Source: Akkermansia muciniphila (GTDB taxonomy: Bacteria; Verrucomicrobiota; Verrucomicrobiia; Verrucomicrobiales; Akkermansiaceae). From it: a stretch of DNA of 64,000 nucleotides. The DNA lies in the NCBI GenBank assembly GCA_945873305.1, contig CAMCCX010000002.1, positions 10,797-74,796 of the forward strand, in the 5' to 3' direction. Below the pieces are notes generated by a model, which saw only the letters and a list, made by a program, of their open reading frames with translations, did not search any database and was not told the DNA's origin. Shown in pieces: positions 20,559-29,031 of the stretch; position 1 is the first letter of the stretch, and the number at the start of each line of letters is the position of its first letter. A program made the position numbers and the translations under genes.

Positions 20559-23500
20559 ATGAAAACACGAACACTTCAATTCCAGATCGCGGCCCTCTGC
20601 GTGGGCGGACTCGCGGCATCCACCCTGCTCGCACAAGCGGACATCATCATCACCGAGGTCAACTCGAACTCCGCTGGAGGCGACTTCTTCGAACTCCACA
20701 ACACCGGAGCCTCCGCCGTGGATCTCACCGGTTGGAAATGGGACGATGACTCCCTGACTCCCTCATCCGGCGCCACCTTCGGCAGCATCTCCATCCCCGC
20801 AGGCGGCGTGCTCGTGGTGAGCAATGGAACTACCGGAACCGAGGCCGCGTTCAAGACCGCTTGGAATCTCACCGGCGATGTCAGTGTGGTAGCCACCGGC
20901 GGACCCGGACTGGGCGGCAACGACGCCGTGATCCTTTTCGATACGGCTAACAACGTCATCGCGTCATTCAACTACAAGAGCGCCGCGTTCACCGCCAATT
21001 CCATCACGCTGCAACCCTTCGCGCGCCCCGGCGCAGCCGCCCCGCTCGGCGGCCATGCCGGCCCCTCCGCCGGTTCCGCCTTCGGGGATGCGGTTTCCGC
21101 CGTGTGGGACGGAGTTTCCAACGCCAGCCCGGTGTATGTCCCGGCAGCCGTCGGAAGCCTCAATGTCCGTTCGCAATCCGGATCCATCACGAGCATCGGC
21201 TCTCCCGGCACTAACGGACTTTTCCCGGTCGCCTACGTTCCTCCGACTCCCGCCGTCATCACTCCGGATGCCATGGTGGTTCCGGCGGGTGAACTCCGCA
21301 TGCGGAAAATCTCATCGCTGAGCCTCTTCGGATCGGAGATCTCTTCCTACGATGCGGCCAGCAAACGGATGTTCGTCACGTCCAACTTCGGCCTCCAGAT
21401 CGTGGACGCGAGCAATCCCGCCTCGCCGCAGTTGCTCAGCATCGTGGATTTCAAAACTCCAGCGATCGGCCTCAACAGCAACGACGTCACCAGCGTGGAC
21501 GTCCACAACGGCAAGGTCGCCGTCGCCGTACCTAACACCACCAAGGACCTTCCTGGCCACGTTGTTTTCCTCAATGCCGCCGATGGTTCATTCATCAGCA
21601 AGGTGCAGGTCGGCGTGCTTCCCGACAGCCTCACCTTCACCCCGGACGGCACCAAGGTGCTCACCGCCGACGAAGGCGAAATGCTTACAGGAGGCACCGA
21701 CCCGGCCCCCGGCTCGGTGACCATCATCGATGTATCCAACATCGACACTCCCGTCGCCACTGTCGTCGGTTTCACCTCATTCGATGCCAGCGCCGCCGCA
21801 CTGAAAGCCGCGGGTGTCCGCATTTTCGAAGCCAGCCCGGGTGTGCTCAAGGCACCCTCCGTGGACTTCGAGCCCGAATACGTCGCGATTTCAGCGGATG
21901 GCACCAAGGCCATGGTCACCCTGCAGGAAGCCAATGCGGTCGCCCTGTTGGACATCGCCTCCGCCACCTTCACCTCCATCGTTCCTCTAGGAGAAAAAGA
22001 CTATAGCACTCTGCTAGCGGACTTCAGCGATGCTGACGGCGGAGCCAACCTTGCCACCGGCAGGCCGGTCTTCGGTCTCTACATGCCGGACGCCATCACC
22101 TCCTTCAGCGCGGGTGGAAACACCTACTACATCACCGCCAACGAAGGGGATGACAGAAACGACTTCCTCACGGAAACCACCACCGTCTCCAACGCCGGCT
22201 ACGTTCTGGATCCCACCGCGTTTCCAGCCGCCGCCGCTCTCAAGGCCAACACCAGCTTGGGCAAGCTCGTCGTTTCCAACGCACCAGGCCTGCGCGGTGA
22301 TACCGATGGAGACGGCGACATCGACCGGATCCTCTCCTACGGCGGACGCTCGATCTCGATCCTCGATTCCACAGGAACACGCATCTATGACAGCGGTGAT
22401 CTCCTCGATCAGAAACTGACCGCCATCGGCACGCCCTTCTTCGATGACGGTCGCAGCGATGCGAAGAGCATCGAGCCCGAAGGCGTGACCACCGGCGAGA
22501 TCGACGGCCGCACCTATGCTTTCGTCACCCTCGAACGCGCCCGCAGCGTGGCCGCCTTCGACGTCACCAATCCCGCCGCCGTCACCTACGCCGGACTGGC
22601 AGCCAACGCCACCGACGCAAATCCGGAAGGCATCACCTTCATCTCCAAAGCCGACTCACCTAACGGCCAACCGATGATCGCGGTGACCAATGAAACGAGC
22701 AACACGCTCACCTTCTATTCGGTAGCCCCCTACACGCTGCAAGTCCTCCACCTCGCCGACGCCGAGGCCGGCCTGCTAGCCTCGCAGACCGCGCCGAATC
22801 TCGCCGCTCTGGTGGACGCCTTCGACGGAAACTATCAGAACACGCTGATTCTCGCCGGTGGTGACAACTTCATCCCGAGCCCCTTCCTGAACGCAGGAAC
22901 AGACCCGGCGCTCAATGCGGTTCCTTCCATCGGAAAAACCGCCTTCGCCCGCCCGGACATCGCCATTCACAACGAAATCGGCGTGGAAGCGTCCGCCATC
23001 GGCAATCACGAGTGGGACCTCGGCACCGCCGTCTTCACCGACGCCATCCGCCCGGACGCCCCGTGGATCGGAGCGCAGTTCCCCCACATCTCGCTGAACC
23101 TCGACTACTCCGCGGACAGCGCCGCCAACGGCCGCTACGTGGATGTCCCGCTCAACGGAACCACCAGTCTGGTGCCCGAGTCCTCGGTGAACAAAAGCAA
23201 ACTCGTGCCCACCGCTGTCATCACCAAGGGCGGCCAGAAAATCGGCCTTGTCGGCGTGACCACCCAGCTCATCGAAACCATTTCCTCGCCGAGCGGAACC
23301 GAAATCAAAGGTTTCCCCACCGGAGCGGGACCGAACGGCGAGATGGATGACATGGACCTGCTCGCCTCTCAGATCCAGCCCTACATCAACGAACTCGCCG
23401 CGGAAGGTGTGAACAAAATCGTGCTGATGGCCCACCTCCAGCAGATCGCCAACGAGCAGCTGCTCGCCACCAAGCTCAGCGGAGTGGACATCATCCTCGC

Positions 23501-25085
23501 CGCCGGATCGAACACCCGCCTTGGCGATGTGGATGACGTGGCTGTCGCCTTCGCCGGACATTCCGCCGATTTCGCGAACACCTATCCGCTCGTCACCGCC
23601 GGCACCGACGGCAAGCCGACTCTCATCGTCAACACCGACAACGAGTTCACCTATCTGGGCCGGCTCGTCGTGGACTTCGACGCCTTCGGCCAGATCATCA
23701 CTCCGGAGCTGACAGACCGCGTTGCTGAAAACGGAGCCTACGCCTCCACCGCCGCCAACGTCGCCGCCGCATGGGGCGTGTCCGAAGCCAGCCTCCCCAC
23801 CACGGCATTCGCCGCAGGCACCAAGGGAGCGAAGGTCAAGGCCATCACCGATGCCGTGCAAGGCGTCATCAGCCTCAAGGACGGCACCATTTACGGCATC
23901 ACCAACGTCTATCTGGAAGGCGAGCGCTCGTTCGTCCGCAGCGAGGAAACCAACCTTGGTGACATCACCGCGGATGCGAATTCGAACGCCCTCCGCGCGA
24001 TCATCGGCGGCACCGCCCCCATCGTTTCCTTCAAGAACGGCGGTGGCATCCGCGCCCAGATCGGCGCGGTTTCCAGTGCCGGTGGCAGCGCCGTGAAACT
24101 CCCGCCGCCAGCCAATCCCGCCGTCGGCAAGCCTCTCGGCGGAGTCTCCCAGCTCGATATCGAAAACGCACTGCGCTTCAACAACAAGCTCATCGCCTTC
24201 GACACCACGCCCGCAGGACTCAAGGCATTGCTCGAACACGGCGTCGCGTCGTGGCCGAACCAAGGCCGCTTCCCGCAGATCGGTGGTGTCGCCTTCGCCT
24301 GGGACTCGTCGCTTCCCGCCAACAGCCGCGTCCTCACCATCTCGCTCATCGGCGAGGACGGTCTGCCATCCGCCGCGATCTATCAAAACGGGGCCGTGGT
24401 TTCCAACGCACCGGCCACGATCAAGGTGGTGACGCTGAATTTCCTCGCCAACAACGGCGACGGCTATCCAGTGAAGGCCAACGGCGAGAACTTTCGTTAT
24501 ATTCTAGCGGACAACACGCTCGGACCGGCGCTTGACGAAAGCACTGACTTCACCGCCGCCCCGCAACTCCCGGTCAACGCCGTGGGTGAACAAGCGACGC
24601 TCGCCGCCTACTTCAGCTCGAAGCACCCGACGGCCGGCACCGCCTACAACACCGTCGACACCGCCGCCGCGCTGGACCTCCGCATCCAGGGCACGGCTGT
24701 CCGCTCGGACACGGTCCTGCCCTACACCGGCGCGCAGGCATGGACGCTCAATGCGTTCTCGCCCGGCATGCTCGCCATCGGTCGCAGCCCGAGCCTGATG
24801 CTCACCCAGCCGGACCTCGCTTCGGCCGTGGGGGCGACGCGCACGGCGGGACAAGCCGACGTGACCTCGAACCCCTCCGCCTTCAGCCTCTACACCGCCG
24901 GTTCCATCCAGGACCTGCGCGGCACCGGGAACCTGCTCGTTCAGGCCGAGGGAGAAAACGTGACACTGAGCCTGCCGGTTCAGAAGTCCTCCAATCTCGG
25001 GGAATGGGAATCCGCCGGCCAACTCGACATCACGTTCCCGAAGACCGAGGACAAGGAATTCTATCGCCTCGCTCTCCCCCAGTGA
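20559..25085 (+). CDS. Secreted multidomain phosphatase: lamin-tail domain + choice-of-anchor I propeller + 5'-nucleotidase/metallophosphoesterase + C-terminal domain
   Basis: Signal peptide; IIITEVNS...FFELHN...DLTGWK (LTD); EPEYVAIS, ITANEGDDR, SIEPEGV (choice-of-anchor I); LQVLHLAD, GGDNFIP, IGNHEWD, RSEETNLG, KNGGGIRA, GRFPQIGG (5'-nucleotidase). Confidence 0.85.
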   Translation: MKTRTLQFQIAALCVGGLAASTLLAQADIIITEVNSNSAGGDFFELHNTGASAVDLTGWKWDDDSLTPSSGATFGSISIPAGGVLVVSNGTTGTEAAFKTAWNLTGDVSVVATGGPGLGGNDAVILFDTANNVIASFNYKSAAFTANSITLQPFARPGAAAPLGGHAGPSAGSAFGDAVSAVWDGVSNASPVYVPAAVGSLNVRSQSGSITSIGSPGTNGLFPVAYVPPTPAVITPDAMVVPAGELRMRKISSLSLFGSEISSYDAASKRMFVTSNFGLQIVDASNPASPQLLSIVDFKTPAIGLNSNDVTSVDVHNGKVAVAVPNTTKDLPGHVVFLNAADGSFISKVQVGVLPDSLTFTPDGTKVLTADEGEMLTGGTDPAPGSVTIIDVSNIDTPVATVVGFTSFDASAAALKAAGVRIFEASPGVLKAPSVDFEPEYVAISADGTKAMVTLQEANAVALLDIASATFTSIVPLGEKDYSTLLADFSDADGGANLATGRPVFGLYMPDAITSFSAGGNTYYITANEGDDRNDFLTETTTVSNAGYVLDPTAFPAAAALKANTSLGKLVVSNAPGLRGDTDGDGDIDRILSYGGRSISILDSTGTRIYDSGDLLDQKLTAIGTPFFDDGRSDAKSIEPEGVTTGEIDGRTYAFVTLERARSVAAFDVTNPAAVTYAGLAANATDANPEGITFISKADSPNGQPMIAVTNETSNTLTFYSVAPYTLQVLHLADAEAGLLASQTAPNLAALVDAFDGNYQNTLILAGGDNFIPSPFLNAGTDPALNAVPSIGKTAFARPDIAIHNEIGVEASAIGNHEWDLGTAVFTDAIRPDAPWIGAQFPHISLNLDYSADSAANGRYVDVPLNGTTSLVPESSVNKSKLVPTAVITKGGQKIGLVGVTTQLIETISSPSGTEIKGFPTGAGPNGEMDDMDLLASQIQPYINELAAEGVNKIVLMAHLQQIANEQLLATKLSGVDIILAAGSNTRLGDVDDVAVAFAGHSADFANTYPLVTAGTDGKPTLIVNTDNEFTYLGRLVVDFDAFGQIITPELTDRVAENGAYASTAANVAAAWGVSEASLPTTAFAAGTKGAKVKAITDAVQGVISLKDGTIYGITNVYLEGERSFVRSEETNLGDITADANSNALRAIIGGTAPIVSFKNGGGIRAQIGAVSSAGGSAVKLPPPANPAVGKPLGGVSQLDIENALRFNNKLIAFDTTPAGLKALLEHGVASWPNQGRFPQIGGVAFAWDSSLPANSRVLTISLIGEDGLPSAAIYQNGAVVSNAPATIKVVTLNFLANNGDGYPVKANGENFRYILADNTLGPALDESTDFTAAPQLPVNAVGEQATLAAYFSSKHPTAGTAYNTVDTAAALDLRIQGTAVRSDTVLPYTGAQAWTLNAFSPGMLAIGRSPSLMLTQPDLASAVGATRTAGQADVTSNPSAFSLYTAGSIQDLRGTGNLLVQAEGENVTLSLPVQKSSNLGEWESAGQLDITFPKTEDKEFYRLALPQ

Positions 25086-25113
25086 TCGCCTGACACCGCC
25101 TCACTTACGCCTT

Positions 25114-25150
25114 AAACCCCGTCCGGTCCGTCCGGGCGGGGTTTTATTTT
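25114..25150 (+). terminator. Rho-independent terminator
   Basis: AAACCCCGTCCGG-TCCGT-CCGGGCGGGGTTT followed by a T-rich run. Confidence 0.8.
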
Positions 25151-25709
25151 TGTCGGGGTCCGGGAATTGTGACGAAATCAACCCAGAAAACAATTGCGTC
25201 GGTTGAAGGGGAATTCTGTTGGCTGTCACTGGATAAGAAAACCCCAAAGAGCTTGATGAATGGCTAATCCTTACCAACCCGATGTGGTTTAACGGGATTT
25301 CTCATGCCATCTCGACCTAAGGCATCCAATGGCACACGCACTCACAAGAATCGTGCAGCCAACCAGACTGACTGCCCCGATCAGGGCGCAGACATTTTTG
25401 ATAATTTCAAACATTTTACTCAGACTTATGGATTTAACTGGCAGTTGATGCGATAATGGAGCGATTCCGAATCATTTGCGCGACGATAATCATCATCCAT
25501 GGAATCATGGGAAAATGTCGCGAGCAAACTTTCGAAATAAAAACTACCGACTCACGATCCAGCACACTATGCAAAATCGGAACATCTCCTCCGGGTTGGA
25601 AGTCCGTATTTGATTCTGTCGGCAGACTCCGTATCCCGCGTGCCAGCAAGACGCCCTTATGCGACATCCTTCAGAAACACACCCCCCTGAGAAGCCATAC
25701 GAACCAGTC

Positions 25710-26666
25710 ATGAGCGGCGTTGTTCGGCGCGAGTCATTCGAGGATCTGGCGGGCTGCATGAAGGATTATTTCCAAATCGATGCCGTCCAGTTGGAGTCGG
25801 GAGACTTTCAAGGGCAAGTCGACTTCATCGCCACGAAGTGTTTACTGCTCTACCGCGAGAATTATCCACTTCGCACCCACCTAGAGGGCGAGTTGCTAGG
25901 AAACCGATTTGGATTTTCAATACCACTTCTCACCGCCGAGGCGAGGTTTTTAGGCGAAATAGTCGATGACAACAGGATCTCGTCGAGCATTACAGGAGAA
26001 TCCTTTGATCACATGATGGAGAGCGGCTATCAGCAGATGATACTCCTGATAGATTATGCCAAATTGCTGCAAATGGCCGAGCATATATCTCTGCCGGAGG
26101 CGTCCCTCAAGGCTCTCTTGCTGGGCAGGAGAAAAAAAACCCTTCAATCGAACCACCATGACATCCAGAGCATCCGGGAGATATTCGTTCCGATGCTGAA
26201 TGCCGCACGCCAGGGCAATCTGAACATCAGCGCGGATCAGTTTGAGAAGGTGATTTTTGACTCCATTCTGCCGGTGCTCGACGGGAGTGAACACGATTTG
26301 GACCGGGGCCCCGCAGCCATCACGGTGCACCGCGCATTGGAATTGGCTCGCAGCATCACCGGACCCGTTTGCATCTCCGACCTCTGCATGGTGCTCAACG
26401 TCAACCCCAGGACTCTCCATAAAGCCTTCATCAAGATCATGGGAATGCCTCCATACCAATTTTTTCAAAAGCGCAGACTGAGCCAAGCTTACCAGATGTT
26501 GCTGAATACCGATCCGAGGGAATTCCACGTCACCGACATCGCTATGCGACTAGGGTTCTCTGAGCTCGGCAGATTTTCCGTGCAATATCGCGGATTGTTT
26601 GGCGAGAGCCCTTCAGAAACCCTCCGCCGTTTCCGGAAGTGCACTGTCGTCGTGCCCAGTTTCTGA
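25710..26666 (+). CDS. AraC-family transcriptional regulator (EutR-like)
   Basis: C-terminal double HTH (RTLHKAF...GMPPYQF; VTDIAMRLGFSELGRFSVQYRGLFGESPSETLR); visibly lower GC than flanks. Confidence 0.9.
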   Translation: MSGVVRRESFEDLAGCMKDYFQIDAVQLESGDFQGQVDFIATKCLLLYRENYPLRTHLEGELLGNRFGFSIPLLTAEARFLGEIVDDNRISSSITGESFDHMMESGYQQMILLIDYAKLLQMAEHISLPEASLKALLLGRRKKTLQSNHHDIQSIREIFVPMLNAARQGNLNISADQFEKVIFDSILPVLDGSEHDLDRGPAAITVHRALELARSITGPVCISDLCMVLNVNPRTLHKAFIKIMGMPPYQFFQKRRLSQAYQMLLNTDPREFHVTDIAMRLGFSELGRFSVQYRGLFGESPSETLRRFRKCTVVVPSF

Positions 26667-26788
26667 CCCAGACGAACCGAATTTCGCTTTGCAAGGTTAG
26701 GGACGAGCGAGCGCTCCTATCCATACTTCTCGAACGATCTTACCCTTACCACCACCATTTCAGCCCCCCGGCATCTCCTGCTAGAAAC

Positions 26789-27187
26789 ATGCACCGTCCG
26801 CGATCAATTAACCTAATTTACCGATTTCGCTTCGCCGCCGTAATGTGGTGTGCGCGATTTATCCTTCTATCTGTAGCCATTGTCCTCATGCTGGGAGGAC
26901 TCTGCGTTTATGATCCATATCTAATATACGTCGGTGCCGGAGCGGGAATTTCGGGTGGTTTTATGGCAATTCTCCAATGGATGGTCGCGAGCAAGGCGAG
27001 ATGCCCGCTCTGTCACACACCCATACTTGCCGACAAAGCCTGTTCCCGACACCGCCAAGCAAAAAACGCATTCGGCAGCCACCGCACCCGCGTGGCTCTG
27101 GCCATTATTTTCAAAAATCAGTTTTACTGCCCCTATTGCAACGAACCTACGCTGCTTCGACCGCGAAACTCCGTCAATCGAGCATGA
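26789..27187 (+). CDS. Membrane protein with C-terminal zinc ribbon
   Basis: Two hydrophobic helices, then CPLCH...CPYC. Confidence 0.65.
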   Translation: MHRPRSINLIYRFRFAAVMWCARFILLSVAIVLMLGGLCVYDPYLIYVGAGAGISGGFMAILQWMVASKARCPLCHTPILADKACSRHRQAKNAFGSHRTRVALAIIFKNQFYCPYCNEPTLLRPRNSVNRA

Positions 27188-27461
27188 AACCGCAGGGCAT
27201 CTACATTAGTAATGAATGAATGCGAGGAATTTGCTTTTGGGATGATGGCCCCTGAGAATGTTCATGTGGGGACCGAAGGACGGGGAAAAAGGGGGGTGCG
27301 GGGGAAAAGGGAACGGAAGAGGTGTTTCGGTGTGCCAGTGGGCGGCTTTTCAGTTAGAAAAATCCAAGTCCACGCCGGTAATCGGCTGATTCGGAGGATT
27401 TCACAGCGTTATTCCTTTGTCGCGAGCGTAGCTTTCCGTATCGCTTTACCAAATTTATTTA

Positions 27462-28916
27462 CTGCCGTCCCACAGGCTGGACGTGACGAGTCCTGAGCCT
27501 TGATTTTGCAAGGCGTCGAGAGGTTTTTGGCGGAGTGCCGATTGCGAGTTTTTTTACGGGAGGTTGATATATCCTTTGGATTACGCGACGATGCTGTCCC
27601 ATGAGATCATGTTCTGATAGGCGCAAATCCCGACAACCATGCGGTGTTGAGCGCTCCGATCACTTTGAATCGCCCGGATGCCGTCCCATAGGATTTCAAT
27701 AAAGCCAGTAGGTCGATCCGCTCCCACAACGCCGAGCGCGTGACGGCAAACAGCCGCGTGAAGCTATGCCCCCATGCCGAAAGGTGTGCCATGAACCGCA
27801 GCAGCACATACACCAGCAAGGCCGTGTAAACCTGCCATCTCACCGCGTTGGCGCTGTGACCGAGGAAGCTGCCGAGCTTGAGGCTCTGCTTGACCTGTTT
27901 GAAGAACACCTCGATGTCCCAGCGGCGGCGATACAGGTCGCACACGGAACGCGGGCTCCACTCCATGTTGTTCGTGATGAAGACCATCACCCGCCACTCC
28001 CCGTCCACTTCCACCCAGGCCTCAACACGCCGAAGCTTCATCCCCTTGTGCTTTCCTTGCAGCGCGATGACCTGATCCTTGATGATGTTCTCGTGGCCCT
28101 TGGTGTGATGTTTGACCACCCGGAATTTCATGTTGTCCTTGGCCCGGGTGACCCACCAGACGCCGTGCTGGTCAAGGTCGGAGAGGTGGTCGAAATCCAC
28201 GTAAGCCTTGTCGAACAGGACGATTTCGCCCGGCAGGATGGTCGCGCAGACCTCGCGGGCGCGCTTGTTGTCGTGCTGGCCGGCGGTGTCCACGATGGCG
28301 AAGGACGGCAGGAAACTGTGCAGGTCGAGCCGCAGATGCATCTTGGCCGCCGCCTTGCGCCTGCGGTGTTTGGCCCAGTCCATGCAATTGGCCACCAACT
28401 GGATGACCGTCGAGTCCACCGCGTGGATCCTGACCTTGAAGCGCCGCAGCAAGCCCTTGCCCTTGCGCCCCGCCACGAAATCCGGACTGGCGTGCTGGAG
28501 ATGGCCGAGCACCGACCAGAACAGTTTTTCGGCAAACTCCGCGTTGCGCTCCTTGTTGGCGTTGGAAAGACCGTTCCTGGATGGAGGCGTCACGCCGAAG
28601 CGCGCCAGGACTCCCGTTTTGAGTCGGAGCCAGTCACAGACATCGTTGAGTCCCATCGCGTGGGAAAGCTGGGCGAAGAGCATCGCCGAAAGATGGCTCA
28701 CCACGCTGAAGGTGCGGGCTTTGGCTTCCACGCCGGTCTCCAGGGCGTGGCGGTTGATCATTCCGCGAGGAATGAGGTTGAGCATTTGCTTGAGGACGAC
28801 CACATTGGCCCGGGCTGGTGTAGTTTTGTTCATAACACCCTACCGAGTGGCAGGAATTTCAACTCAACACCAGCCCGCTTTTCCGCTCCAAGCTAAGCCT
28901 TCCTGTGGGACGGCTG
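27462..28916 (-). mobile_element. IS4-family insertion sequence (~1455 bp)
   Basis: Terminal inverted repeats CTGCCGTCCCACAGG (27462-27476) and CCTGTGGGACGGCTG (28902-28916), 1 mismatch, flank a DDE transposase; no target-site duplication visible. Confidence 0.9.
27607..28833 (-). CDS. IS4-family DDE transposase
   Basis: AVDSTVI, LFDKAYVDF, WWVTRAK, YRRRWDIEVFFKQVKQ (YREK motif). Confidence 0.95.
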   Translation of the reverse strand: MNKTTPARANVVVLKQMLNLIPRGMINRHALETGVEAKARTFSVVSHLSAMLFAQLSHAMGLNDVCDWLRLKTGVLARFGVTPPSRNGLSNANKERNAEFAEKLFWSVLGHLQHASPDFVAGRKGKGLLRRFKVRIHAVDSTVIQLVANCMDWAKHRRRKAAAKMHLRLDLHSFLPSFAIVDTAGQHDNKRAREVCATILPGEIVLFDKAYVDFDHLSDLDQHGVWWVTRAKDNMKFRVVKHHTKGHENIIKDQVIALQGKHKGMKLRRVEAWVEVDGEWRVMVFITNNMEWSPRSVCDLYRRRWDIEVFFKQVKQSLKLGSFLGHSANAVRWQVYTALLVYVLLRFMAHLSAWGHSFTRLFAVTRSALWERIDLLALLKSYGTASGRFKVIGALNTAWLSGFAPIRT

Positions 28917-29031
28917 TGAATTGAAATCATGGTTCCGCAAATTGTGACGAAATTGCCCCAAAAACGGTTGCGCCCGTTGAAAGAAATCCCTGTTGGATTG
29001 AATTGCTTACAATCATTCCATCCAGACCATC

